Assembly: GCA_048882485.1 (NCBI GenBank)
Contig: JBHLRP010000003.1
Location: forward strand, 32,001 to 96,000
Source of the DNA: Candidatus Thorarchaeota archaeon
Lineage (GTDB): Archaea; Asgardarchaeota; Thorarchaeia; Thorarchaeales; Thorarchaeaceae
DNA: 64,000 nt
Reading direction: 5' to 3'
Shown: positions 47,584-57,432 of the stretch, one piece after another
How positions within the stretch are numbered: the stretch's first letter is position 1
How the letters are laid out: every line of letters begins with the position of its first letter
Program-made: the position numbers and the translations under genes
The notes under the pieces: model-generated
What the model was told of the DNA's origin: nothing
The model's database searches: none
What the model saw: only the letters and a program-made list of their open reading frames with translations

Positions 47584-48471
47584 CTACAACTGTTTTCTCA
47601 GAAGCAATAACTCACATTCTGATGCCGTCCCGTTGCACAAATCTGCTATTCTTCGCGCCAGCTCCTTCTGCCCAGTTCCCAGAATTGGAAATGCAATCTC
47701 AAGTGCATCGGTCTGCAGGACTCTTTCATGAATGGCCTGTGCTAATGTGTCAATTTCTATGAGTCTGAAATCAGCAATAATTGGCCAAAGGATCGCTGTA
47801 TTATCAATAATGTCAAACCCAACTGCAGCAGTTATTCCCCTGTCATCTTCCAGAGTATGTAGATGGTTTTTCACGGATGCCATCAGCCAGCCAAGAGTGA
47901 CAAGAGAGCTATCAACTCCTGAAGTCTTGTTTTGCCTCCAGAAGAGGTCTCTAACAGCTTCATGGTCATTCGTTGCTTTCCATGTTACCAGGCTTGATTC
48001 CTTTGATTGGCTTCCTGTCACATCGATACCGTAACGAAATATCCTATCCTCCAGAGTAAATCCCAGACTCTCCAGCATTGGCTGAAATCTTCTGTTCAGT
48101 GCAAAACCAACTGGAAATGGTAATTTTGGTTTCTTCTGCGAAATGTCAACAATTGCATCGACATGATGAATCGTGACACTTCGAAAGAATGGAAGTGACG
48201 ACTTCAGAAGCTGGAGCTGGGCAGGTTCCTTCAGGAATGATTTGTGATTAACTGCAACCAGAGCCACAGCAAGTCTAGTTCTATCTCTGAAAATGGCAGT
48301 CCCGCCAACTATCTCCTCCTCAATGCTAGAGAGAAAGAACAAACTGTCCTCAAGCTGTGCGAATCTTGTAGCCAACTGCTTGTCTTGCGGAGATGCCTCT
48401 CTTGATAAATCTAGCCAGATGTCGAGTTCTGCCCTCGACATCCGCCTAGTATACAGATTCCTTGAGCTCAT
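47584..48471 (-). CDS. Hypothetical protein, possible degenerate tandem GNAT fold
   Basis: 295-aa ORF; EEEIVGG strand and LESLGF helix resemble GNAT elements. Confidence 0.6.
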   Translation of the reverse strand: MSSRNLYTRRMSRAELDIWLDLSREASPQDKQLATRFAQLEDSLFFLSSIEEEIVGGTAIFRDRTRLAVALVAVNHKSFLKEPAQLQLLKSSLPFFRSVTIHHVDAIVDISQKKPKLPFPVGFALNRRFQPMLESLGFTLEDRIFRYGIDVTGSQSKESSLVTWKATNDHEAVRDLFWRQNKTSGVDSSLVTLGWLMASVKNHLHTLEDDRGITAAVGFDIIDNTAILWPIIADFRLIEIDTLAQAIHERVLQTDALEIAFPILGTGQKELARRIADLCNGTASECELLLLRKQL

Positions 48472-48501
48472 AGTATGGCACTTGCTGTTTTCTTGTGGGA
48501 A

Positions 48502-49560
48502 TCATTTCTTGAAATGTGGAATGATCTCCTCACCTATCTGCTTGATGCCCGTCTTCTTCTTTGGACCTATCGGTGAGCCAACAACAAACTGGGTAACACC
48601 CACTTTTGATAGCTCCTCAATTCGTTTGATACACTGGTTCTTGTCACCAACAACAGCAAAGGCATCAATCATCTCGTCAGTGATAGCCCCAGGAAGGTCC
48701 TTGAAGTTCCCTTCTGCTAGGAGTCCCCTCACCTTGTTGCATGCATCCAAGTCCAAGTCATGACGTTCAAGAACAACGTCAGGCGAGCCAGCCACTATAA
48801 AGGCGACAACAATCTTTGCATCACCCTCCAAAGCTGCTTCCCTGGTGTCCCCAATACTGAATGATGCGTACGCAGTGACATCAATATCTTTGAGATCTCG
48901 TCCAGCTTCCTCCGCGCCTTCCTTGATTTTCTCCATCGCAATTTCGAAATCCTTGGGATGGCTTGCGTTGATGAGAATCCCGTCCGCGACTGTCGCTGTT
49001 TTCTTCAGCATCATTGGGCCTTGCGCACCTGCATAGATTGGAATCTTGGGACCCCGTTTCACGGGCTTTCCGTCTTTCATCTTTGGACTGCCATCTGCAT
49101 CAAGGACTGGTTCCTTCTTGACAATGGCTAGTTTTGCATTCTTGACCTTGAAGACTTTTCCATCTGCTTTGTATTTGCTGCCTTCCGTGAGCTTGCGCAT
49201 GTACTTGATTGACTCCACCACAGCTGATACGGGTTTGTCCCACTTAATCCCTAGACCACTCAGAGTGACTTTGTCTCCAGCACCCATGCCTATCACAGCT
49301 CGACCATTGCTCAGTTCATTGATTGTTACAGCTGCAGACGCTGTTAATGCAGGACTTATGTGAAATGGGTTAGTGACGCCCGGCCCCAACATGATCTTCT
49401 CAGTATTCAGAGCGATGGCAGTCAGAGTGGCCCAAACATTTCGGTTGTTGTAGTGGTCAGTGATCCATACATTATCAAAACCTGCTTCTTCTGCAAGTTT
49501 TGTCCAAGTGACCAACTTCTCAATGGGTTTGTCAGGTACGAATTCAATTCCGATTCGCAT
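48502..49560 (-). CDS. mer: F420-dependent methylenetetrahydromethanopterin reductase
   Basis: GIEFVP, WITDHYNNRN, GPGVTNP, GAGD, IYAGAQGPMML, LINASHPKD, GSPIGP. Confidence 0.96.
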   Translation of the reverse strand: MRIGIEFVPDKPIEKLVTWTKLAEEAGFDNVWITDHYNNRNVWATLTAIALNTEKIMLGPGVTNPFHISPALTASAAVTINELSNGRAVIGMGAGDKVTLSGLGIKWDKPVSAVVESIKYMRKLTEGSKYKADGKVFKVKNAKLAIVKKEPVLDADGSPKMKDGKPVKRGPKIPIYAGAQGPMMLKKTATVADGILINASHPKDFEIAMEKIKEGAEEAGRDLKDIDVTAYASFSIGDTREAALEGDAKIVVAFIVAGSPDVVLERHDLDLDACNKVRGLLAEGNFKDLPGAITDEMIDAFAVVGDKNQCIKRIEELSKVGVTQFVVGSPIGPKKKTGIKQIGEEIIPHFKK

Positions 49561-49660
49561 TTCATATGTCTCCTACAAATCACGGCTTGGAAACTTCCCA
49601 ATAGAATAACCTATCGATTTTCTGAGAAGATGGAAGGAGGATGAAAACTATAGCTGCAAT

Positions 49661-49885
49661 TTGACAAAGGAACTAAATCGCACTCAGCATTCCTTTCAGT
49701 TCATGCTAGGCAAAATGATTGACATAATTTTCGCAGCAATCGGGATGGCATTGGGATTGGCAGCGCTTGTTCTCAATTTGCTAGATCCTGCAAATGCAAG
49801 CACATCCATTACCCTACTTGGCATAGCAGCCTTTTGCTTTGGAGTTCTGCTGCTAGACCTAGTCCAAAAAGCCGATTCTGGTTAA
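49661..49885 (+). CDS. Small 2-TM membrane protein (start uncertain)
   Basis: Two hydrophobic helices; true start probably a later ATG. Confidence 0.6.
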   Translation: MTKELNRTQHSFQFMLGKMIDIIFAAIGMALGLAALVLNLLDPANASTSITLLGIAAFCFGVLLLDLVQKADSG

Positions 49886-49905
49886 CATTGTCCTCAGTTG
49901 TCATT

Positions 49906-49957
49906 GTAGGTAGATTCTCTGTCTAGATTCAGAGCAATCTGCCTACTTCTTTCTTTG
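49906..49957 (+). terminator. Long hairpin plus pyrimidine tract
   Basis: GTAGGTAGATT-CTCTG...CAGAG-C-AATCTGCCTAC then TTCTTTCTTT. Confidence 0.6.
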
Positions 49958-50045
49958 AAATTGAAGCATATCGTCTTCTCAGTGGAATCTATCGAAGGGT
50001 TTATTGAGGCGGCTGCAAGTTGAAGCAAAGGGAGTGGCTGAAGAG

Positions 50046-51035
50046 ATGCAGTCTTTAGTTCTCACACGAGATGGCCTCCAGCTAGCTGATACTCCCAGAC
50101 CCGCCTTAATGCCAGGTAATGTCCGAATTGAGGTCCGCAGTGTTGGTATATGTTCGACGGACATTGCCATTTGGAAAGGCGACTATGAGGTTAATCTCCC
50201 CCTTGTATTGGGTCATGAAATAGCCGGGGTCATACATGAAAGCTCAGTACCTGACATAAGACAAGGGACAGCGGTGACTACTGAGGTTGATGTTCCTTGT
50301 GGGAATTGCTGGTATTGCAGACACAATCAACCGGCGCGCTGCAAGGAAAAAGAGTTGCTAGGAATTACTACTGATGGGGGACTTGCTGAGTTCCTCAGCG
50401 TACCAGCTGAACTAGTACATCCACTTCCTGAAGGCATTGATGTTTCGTCAGGAATTTTTGTGGAGCCTTTGGCATCAGCGATAGAAACATACGAAAAAGC
50501 TCCCGCTGAGCATGATGAGCCAGTCGTTATCATAGGATGCGGAAAGACAGGCCTCCTAGTAGCCCAGGTCTATGATGCATTTGGAGCCAATGTCGTCGTA
50601 GTTGATCAAAATAGATGGCGGCTTGGCCTTGTGAGGCAACTGGGTATACAAGACATAGTGAACACAAGCAATCCCGATTGGAAGCAGCGAGTCCTAGACT
50701 TGACGACAGATGTGGGGCCCAGAATAGTAATCGAATCGACCAGTAATTCCGCAGGTATAACAATGGCCTTAGACCTCATCCGGGATGGAGGCATTATTGG
50801 GTTGAAAAGCATTCATGGCGAGAAAATTAGATTCAATCCGTCGGAAATCGTGCAGCGCGAGATAACCATGTTTGGAAACTTTTCTGGTCCATACAAAAAA
50901 GCAGTGGATATGCTGAATAAGGGACGCATTGAGGTCAAGCGGCTTATCACAAAGGAATTCAAGCTGGAGGACGGATCAAAGGCTTTCGAGTTTGCGTCTG
51001 ATCCTAACACAACGAAAGTCGTCATCAACATATGA
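50046..51035 (+). CDS. Zn-dependent alcohol dehydrogenase (MDR family)
   Basis: GICSTD, LGHE..G, CGNCWYC...C, VEPLA, IIGCGKTG. Confidence 0.95.
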   Translation: MQSLVLTRDGLQLADTPRPALMPGNVRIEVRSVGICSTDIAIWKGDYEVNLPLVLGHEIAGVIHESSVPDIRQGTAVTTEVDVPCGNCWYCRHNQPARCKEKELLGITTDGGLAEFLSVPAELVHPLPEGIDVSSGIFVEPLASAIETYEKAPAEHDEPVVIIGCGKTGLLVAQVYDAFGANVVVVDQNRWRLGLVRQLGIQDIVNTSNPDWKQRVLDLTTDVGPRIVIESTSNSAGITMALDLIRDGGIIGLKSIHGEKIRFNPSEIVQREITMFGNFSGPYKKAVDMLNKGRIEVKRLITKEFKLEDGSKAFEFASDPNTTKVVINI

Positions 51036-51046
51036 GGAGTTCGTGA

Positions 51047-52318
51047 ATGGAGCAATTCGATGTCGATTTACACATTCACTCCTCGCATTCAATCGGTGTC
51101 AGCAAATCTATGATAATCCCCAAGCTTGCACAGGGTGCAAAAGAAAAGGGTCTCGATATGATTGGAACCGGCGATGCCACACAACCACAATGGCTTCATC
51201 ATCTACGTACAAACCTCAAAGAAACTGATGATGGGCTCTTCCACAACTCGGTAAGTTTCATACTCACGGTTGAGATAGAGGATGCAGAGTCGATACATCA
51301 TCTTGTGGTTCTTCGCGACTTTGAAGCTGTTGAACATCTCCGCAGGCTCTTGAAACCTGCATCTCCTAACTTGGACCATGAATGGGGTGGCCGACCTAGA
51401 GTCAACCTGAAGGGAGCTGAGATAGCTGGTGCTGTCCGCGACTGCGAAGGACTAATCGGCCCAGCCCATGCCTTCACACCCTATAGGTCAATCTTCAGGG
51501 AAGGTCGCTATGACAGTTTAAAGGACTGTTACAAAGAGGAGGCTCCTCATGTACGATTCATCGAGCTCGGCTTATCAGCGGATACAGAGGTTGCTGATTG
51601 CATTCCAGAACTTAGAAACCTTACCTACATTACCTCTAGTGATGCTCATTCTCCTTCTCCGGATAAGCTAGGCAGAGAGTTTGTCAGACTATCAATGAAC
51701 TCTCCAACATTCGATGAGCTTCGCCAGGCCATCATTAGAACCAAAGAGCGGAAGCCAATTCTCAATGTGGGGTTCAACCCGCGACTCGGAAAATACTTTC
51801 TTTCATTCTGTTCGAAGTGTAGACGTACATTAGTATTGGAGGAAGGATTCAAACCTCCTGAATTTGATGACCTGAACATCTACATCTCATGCTCTGATGT
51901 AGAGGATCACTCACGACTGTTGAGAGAGATTCATCGACGAAAGGTCAAGTGCCCCTCAGATGGTCGTGCACTTCGACTAGGGGTCAGAGACCGTGCAATG
52001 ATGATAGGCGAGGGGGTGAGTATTTCCCCATCACATCGCCCTCCATACCTGCATATTCCTCCTCTTCTGGACCTAATGGCATCTGCAATGGGTATTAAGT
52101 CTAAGACTTCCAAGAAGTTGCGCGATATGTATTCAACTTTGAGAGAATCATTTGGGCCAGAAACAACTATACTCACCGGGACCTCTCTAGAAGACCTAGC
52201 TGAGGTCAATCCAAAGCTTTCAATGATGATTGGTTCATATCGAGATGGATCGATAGGCTACATACCCGGCGGAGGTGGACGATATGGGACACTGGTTGCT
52301 CCATGGGAGGATGCATAG
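51047..52318 (+). CDS. Endonuclease Q (TIGR00375 family, PHP domain)
   Basis: DLHIHS, GTGD, HAFTP, ELGLSAD, SDAHS, KLGRE, GVRDR, RPPY.H..PL, PGGGGRYG. Confidence 0.92.
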   Translation: MEQFDVDLHIHSSHSIGVSKSMIIPKLAQGAKEKGLDMIGTGDATQPQWLHHLRTNLKETDDGLFHNSVSFILTVEIEDAESIHHLVVLRDFEAVEHLRRLLKPASPNLDHEWGGRPRVNLKGAEIAGAVRDCEGLIGPAHAFTPYRSIFREGRYDSLKDCYKEEAPHVRFIELGLSADTEVADCIPELRNLTYITSSDAHSPSPDKLGREFVRLSMNSPTFDELRQAIIRTKERKPILNVGFNPRLGKYFLSFCSKCRRTLVLEEGFKPPEFDDLNIYISCSDVEDHSRLLREIHRRKVKCPSDGRALRLGVRDRAMMIGEGVSISPSHRPPYLHIPPLLDLMASAMGIKSKTSKKLRDMYSTLRESFGPETTILTGTSLEDLAEVNPKLSMMIGSYRDGSIGYIPGGGGRYGTLVAPWEDA

Positions 52319-52320
52319 TC

Positions 52321-52626
52321 ATGACAGTTGTAAGAGGCGTTATCCGCGAGATTGGTAGGAGCCAGACAACTCGCATTAGTGCAAGGAGATGGTACGGATC
52401 TACAACCATCGTAGTGCAGAATCAAGAAACAGGGCAAACGTACGATGTTCGACTCTCAGCTGGAATATTGGACAAGTGTCGCTTCCTGCCTCGCGTCGGA
52501 ATGCCTGTCATAATTCATGGATATGTCGAAGAGGCGGAATTCGGATTGTCAGACTTTGTTGTATCCAGGGTGACTGACATCAAAAGAGAAGGTGCAGATG
52601 TAAAACGCGTTCATAGGTTCGATTAG
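52321..52626 (+). CDS. Small OB-fold-like protein
   Basis: VRGVIREIG ... VG.PV.I.G.V strand pattern. Confidence 0.7.
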   Translation: MTVVRGVIREIGRSQTTRISARRWYGSTTIVVQNQETGQTYDVRLSAGILDKCRFLPRVGMPVIIHGYVEEAEFGLSDFVVSRVTDIKREGADVKRVHRFD

Positions 52627-52628
52627 GC

Positions 52629-53003
52629 CTATTTCAATCTGATAATGTATCCTGGCTGAAGAATCCATTCCGAGCGGCATTTCGGGCATTTTGAAGGACG
52701 CTTAGCAGATTTTCTCTTGGCAAATGCATATCCACATTTACCACAGCTAGCTGGACGAATAAGCAGTTCTTTGCCTTTATGCTTCAATGATAATGCAATA
52801 TGTTCGATGTCTTCATAGACAATTACTCGATGCTTGATATCTAGTATGTTGCATATGTCTTGAGCTGTAAGAGGTACGTCTGTTTGCTCTAGAAGCTCAG
52901 TGATTCTCTCTCGTCTAGTTAGCATTTCTAGCTCGTGGATGACGAGAGAACGTGATATAGTTTCGGTGTCCTCTCCAAGAGGTCTAAATGTGTTCAATGC
53001 CAT
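52629..53003 (-). CDS. HTH + Zn-ribbon transcriptional regulator (COG3357-like)
   Basis: TRRERI.ELL, YEDIEHIA.SL, P..C..CGY.F, PSKCPKCRSEWI. Confidence 0.9.
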   Translation of the reverse strand: MALNTFRPLGEDTETISRSLVIHELEMLTRRERITELLEQTDVPLTAQDICNILDIKHRVIVYEDIEHIALSLKHKGKELLIRPASCGKCGYAFAKRKSAKRPSKCPKCRSEWILQPGYIIRLK

Positions 53004-53101
53004 AGCAGATGATAGGAAGTCCCTATTGTTCGCAAGTACAATGGAAGGTGAAGATGCTGGCGCAGATGCGTCTCGAAAAGGCTCCTAATGGAGCCAACCA
53101 G

Positions 53102-54322
53102 ATGTCGTACGATGAGAGAGTCTGTTCCAGGTGTATGGGTCATAGGCATCTGTGCGGTATCAATCCTTGTCCTCTTCTAATGCGAGCCAAGGCACTGAGT
53201 AGAATTGAGAGTGCAGTTACTGGATTAGACCTGACGGGGTCATCACCTCCATCCATATTTGTGGGTGAGCAGGGATACCCGAAAGTCCTAGCTGGACCTC
53301 TGATTCCTCCACTGAAGGGTCGAGATGCAGCCATCATGGAACGACCGGATTTATGGTTGGAAAGGACTATTGATGAGATTCTCTCCTTCCGATTCAATCT
53401 TGTAAGAACCAAGAAGCTAATTCCGGTGGATGCAGCCTCAGACCCGCCGAGAATCCTATCAGAAACCCAGACACTTGCACTCTCAGAAACTCCTACTACC
53501 TCCGAAGCCACACTTCTCAAACGACCTAGCTTCACAAGTGTGTTCTCAGAACTGACTCTTCCAACTGGACCTTCTGCTCCTCTTCAGCTATTTGTGCTTG
53601 AAGACAATCCCGACGTACCCAGAGCAGTGGACAAGGCGACATCAGATACAGACTTGAAGGCCGTGGGTGGAATAATGGAGATGTTTGAGGGTGGTGTCCA
53701 CCAGCAACAGATGACTCGACTTCTGTCTGTTGGTCTTTTGGGTGAACAGAGAAATCGTCGATTGGTGCCCACAAAATGGAGCATTACTGCTGTTGATGAT
53801 ATCGTTGGTAAAGAGCTTCACAAGCAAGTCCTGCGTTTTCCATGGATCAATGACTATCTAGTCTTTGTCGATCATGCTCTTGGAAACACTGTTGCCCTCC
53901 TCTTTCTACCAAGTGGTTGGCAATTTGAGGCAATGGAGTCATGGCTAGGGGGTCTGAATCCACCAATCATTACTGATAATGAATGGTTTCGAGGAAGAAA
54001 GGACTACGCTAGCTCAGTTGTTGGGGCTTACTATGCAACAAGGCTACCTTCTCTTCAATATCTCAGGAAGATACGCAGGCAGGCAGGCGTGATAGTCTTT
54101 ATGGAGATTGATCCTCAGCTATGGGTTCCCCTTGGAGTCTGGCGTTTCAGGGAAATTGCAAGAAGGGCTCTCGAATCCCAGACGAAGAGGTTCTCCTCTC
54201 TCGATGAGGCGCTTAATGAGATTGGCACGCATTTAAGGAATCCAATTGAGAGATGGCTCAAAGTGAGTAAGCTCTATAGAGAGTTCACAACTCAAACACT
54301 CATCACTGATTTCGTCGAATGA
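53102..54322 (+). CDS. nreA: Nre-family DNA repair protein
   Basis: CxxC...LCG...CP, SPPS.FVG..GYP.V..GP, RRLVPTKWSITAVD, G.YYA.RL, PLGVW..RE; C-terminal PIP box QTLITDF. Confidence 0.92.
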   Translation: MSYDERVCSRCMGHRHLCGINPCPLLMRAKALSRIESAVTGLDLTGSSPPSIFVGEQGYPKVLAGPLIPPLKGRDAAIMERPDLWLERTIDEILSFRFNLVRTKKLIPVDAASDPPRILSETQTLALSETPTTSEATLLKRPSFTSVFSELTLPTGPSAPLQLFVLEDNPDVPRAVDKATSDTDLKAVGGIMEMFEGGVHQQQMTRLLSVGLLGEQRNRRLVPTKWSITAVDDIVGKELHKQVLRFPWINDYLVFVDHALGNTVALLFLPSGWQFEAMESWLGGLNPPIITDNEWFRGRKDYASSVVGAYYATRLPSLQYLRKIRRQAGVIVFMEIDPQLWVPLGVWRFREIARRALESQTKRFSSLDEALNEIGTHLRNPIERWLKVSKLYREFTTQTLITDFVE

Positions 54323-54381
54323 ATCATCTAGATGCATCGTACATTTTTCTTTAAAGCAAAGATTCGTTAAGTGAGCGGAGA

Positions 54382-55743
54382 TTGAAAATGCGCGCCCACA
54401 AAATTCGATATCTTGCGCTACTTAGCGCTAGCTTATTGCTTCTACCATTTATCTCTCTACCAGGAGTTGCTGGATGGGAATCTGGTGATGAAGCTGCAAT
54501 CTTTGGACACACCTTCGATGAAGAATACTGGACTAACAGCTCATTGTTTATTGAAGGAGATGATGGGGGGAATGCAACGCTCACTGCATCCTACGTTGGT
54601 GTAGGAGAGTTTGATTCATTCCTGATTGCATTCAATGAGATCAACACGAATGATGGTCAAAGACTCATAATTCCCTATCAGTTGTTTGGAATGCATTTCA
54701 CAACCCCCAATGACAATGAAGTCTTCATTGCCGCAGTGTTTGCTTTCCTTCTGGCTCACAATGAAACCTATGGTGATAATAATCTTCCAGACATGGGTCA
54801 TGACGCCGCCTGGTATGTAGTGCCTGTGGCGAACAACAATCCATGGCCTGAATTTGTACCAGCTGTAGAATCTATCCCTGCGGCCAAATTAGGCGATGGC
54901 CATTATCGTTTTGGAATGCGATATACAAACATGCCTGTTAGAATAGTTGCTGCCAACTCAACCCCTGCAGCCTTCTGGCTCACATTGGGCATTCCTGTGC
55001 TAACAATGCTTGTTAGCGAGCTTGTGATAGAATATGATATTACAATTGGCGCTGATGGAGTAGTCAATGCTGAAACTGTATATACCATAGGCCAAGCAAT
55101 GAAAGCGAAGTGGTGGGGACTAGCTGATCAAGACCCATCTGAGATTATTGTTCCGTCAATGGCAATAACTGCAGTGCATTATCTTTCAGTCTTCACATCG
55201 AACTATGAAGTCAGAACATCAGACACCAATACTTTGGTAGATCCAACGGGGACTGAACCACTGGATGAAGATCTCGACATCACTATCGGAGATAGTGACA
55301 GAGCTTTCAGCATCGGTATTGGACGCGAGTATTCACTCGTGAACGAATCTACCAATCCATGGACAACGGTATCTACGGGTGAAACAGCACTCAATACACT
55401 TCTTGAAGCTCGTCCCGCAGATTTCTTCTTGATCTTATGGCAGGCTCCCCTCTCTATCTGGCTGTACGCTCACATGGCATTTGGACTGTCTGAGCGGGTT
55501 AGAAACATGTACAATAGCCCACAGCAGCTGGTTGTCAATGCAGGTACTGCATTTGATGATGATCAGCTTTGGTACGGTGTGACATTTCCTGAATGGAATG
55601 GGCTTCGGATTGAACAAGATCCTACGTATACAGCGTACACTAACCTGGCAGCAGGGACTATGCCCACCGGACGCGGTGCTGGAATCATTGTTCTTGCTGG
55701 AATTGCAATTGTCGTAATTGTGATCCTAATTCGAAGACGCTAA
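54382..55743 (+). CDS. Secreted/surface protein with C-terminal TM anchor
   Basis: Signal peptide, acidic beta-rich body with N-x-S/T sites, C-terminal TM + RRR. Confidence 0.85.
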   Translation: MKMRAHKIRYLALLSASLLLLPFISLPGVAGWESGDEAAIFGHTFDEEYWTNSSLFIEGDDGGNATLTASYVGVGEFDSFLIAFNEINTNDGQRLIIPYQLFGMHFTTPNDNEVFIAAVFAFLLAHNETYGDNNLPDMGHDAAWYVVPVANNNPWPEFVPAVESIPAAKLGDGHYRFGMRYTNMPVRIVAANSTPAAFWLTLGIPVLTMLVSELVIEYDITIGADGVVNAETVYTIGQAMKAKWWGLADQDPSEIIVPSMAITAVHYLSVFTSNYEVRTSDTNTLVDPTGTEPLDEDLDITIGDSDRAFSIGIGREYSLVNESTNPWTTVSTGETALNTLLEARPADFFLILWQAPLSIWLYAHMAFGLSERVRNMYNSPQQLVVNAGTAFDDDQLWYGVTFPEWNGLRIEQDPTYTAYTNLAAGTMPTGRGAGIIVLAGIAIVVIVILIRRR

Positions 55744-55754
55744 GACCAGCATAT

Positions 55755-55797
55755 TGGGTCCCCCGCTTCTTGATTGAGGGGCCCATTCTTCTTCTTT
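55755..55797 (+). terminator. GC hairpin plus pyrimidine tract
   Basis: TGGGTCCCC...GGGGCCCA then TTCTTCTTCTTT. Confidence 0.55.
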
Positions 55798-55848
55798 CGG
55801 GCAATTTAAGAGATGAGCGGACTGCCTAGCTACTAGAGGAAAGATGCC

Positions 55849-57375
55849 TTGATGTATGAGCGGCTATGCAATCTATGCGCTCGAATTCCCCCTTTTTCCT
55901 CATTTGGTGCGCGGAGAGAGGATCGAGAGCTTGCAAAAGCAGTCAAATTCCTTGAGACAAAGATACATGTTAGTACATCGGGTGTCTTTGCAGCTTCATA
56001 TTTCACTTCAACCTCAGTATTTGTCATTTCAATCATAGTCTTCGTTCTGCTGGACGCAAGCATCCTGATATCTTTGCCAATATCCGCTATTGCATCTGCG
56101 ATAACCTACTTCGCCGTAGTGTCGTATCCTGTTTCAACCATGAATAGCTATAAGCTCAGTATATCCGAAGAAGCGGACCTCGTTTTCGAGCAATTCATCC
56201 TTGTCTTTCAAACCGGTGGCACAATTTTTGATGCAATAGAAATGGTGGCTTCATCCGATCACCCCTTCTTGTCAAAGGTCTTCCTGGAGATTATGGAGCA
56301 GATTCAAGGTGGCACGCCTCCTGAAACATGTCTGATGGAATTTGCCAAGAATCAGCCTTCTGATGATTTGAGGAGATATGTAATGGGCATTCTCTCGGCT
56401 CTAGAACAAAAGACTGAACTCTTAGACCTCCTTTCAGGGGAGTCTTTTGAAGCCGACATGACGCTGCGCCAGAAGAATCTGGAGCTTGAGAGCCGTCTTT
56501 TGGTCGTAGCAGCACTTGCCACATATATACCGATAATGCTTACTCTGGCAGTTTCTCTTGCGGGACATGCCACCAATCTCATGGTTCTTCTGCTGGCTCC
56601 AATCCTAATTGGACTCAACTCACTATTGAAAACAAGATTCTCAAGTCAATTCTCTGCATATTTCGATAGACCCAATCGTGAGAACGTGCTATTCCTTCAT
56701 CAAAGTCAAATTGTCGCAGAATATGATGAATTCCTGAACTTCCTTATGCTGCTATCAGAACGTCTGAGATCCGGCGACACCCTGGAGGTGGCTATCCAAT
56801 CTATCCGCGACGACGTCGCAGTTGAGATACAGAAGCTTATTGATCCAGTTATTAATTCCATTTCATGGGGAGGGGGAAGTATTGAGGAGGCCATGGCAGA
56901 TGCTGCTAAGATGGCACTGGGTCAGCGAGTTGCAAATATGATCAGGATGATAACGGTGATGTGCGCGACATCAGCAACTGATGCTGGTAATCGTCTTTCA
57001 AGGATAGCGGCTCGTTTAGTGAAGCGATCAGCTGTGGCAAAGGAACGCGAGTCAATTATCGCGGCTCAGCGTTTCAAGGTATATCTATTGAGCATCACCA
57101 GCTCACTAGTCTTGGGTCTGCTCTCCGCTCTTTCGCCCTACCTATTCATTGGATCTTTGTTGACTGAAGGACCTACTTGGAGCGCAGGTGACTTATCGCT
57201 ACTGAACATCCTGCCTTTGTTTGCCACCTTACTTGTCACGACAATATCCACAGGTTACCAAAACACAAGTATGGTTGGCGGTAGACGTCCAATCCTAATG
57301 GGCGCCGTTTGCGGACTTCTATTCTGGGCAGCTTTCATGCTTTCATCTGCCATTCTGGGGATAGAAATTGTGTGA
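55849..57375 (+). CDS. T2SS-F/TadB-TadC/FlaJ-like membrane platform protein with two domains
   Basis: Two repeats of G..L..A.....(13-20 aa)..I..G.....A, each followed by TM helices. Confidence 0.8.
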   Translation: MMYERLCNLCARIPPFSSFGARREDRELAKAVKFLETKIHVSTSGVFAASYFTSTSVFVISIIVFVLLDASILISLPISAIASAITYFAVVSYPVSTMNSYKLSISEEADLVFEQFILVFQTGGTIFDAIEMVASSDHPFLSKVFLEIMEQIQGGTPPETCLMEFAKNQPSDDLRRYVMGILSALEQKTELLDLLSGESFEADMTLRQKNLELESRLLVVAALATYIPIMLTLAVSLAGHATNLMVLLLAPILIGLNSLLKTRFSSQFSAYFDRPNRENVLFLHQSQIVAEYDEFLNFLMLLSERLRSGDTLEVAIQSIRDDVAVEIQKLIDPVINSISWGGGSIEEAMADAAKMALGQRVANMIRMITVMCATSATDAGNRLSRIAARLVKRSAVAKERESIIAAQRFKVYLLSITSSLVLGLLSALSPYLFIGSLLTEGPTWSAGDLSLLNILPLFATLLVTTISTGYQNTSMVGGRRPILMGAVCGLLFWAAFMLSSAILGIEIV

Positions 57376-57432
57376 CATAGGTTTTTTAGAAGCGATGGTG
57401 AAGGTCGTTTCAGTAAGCAAGAGGTGTAAAGC

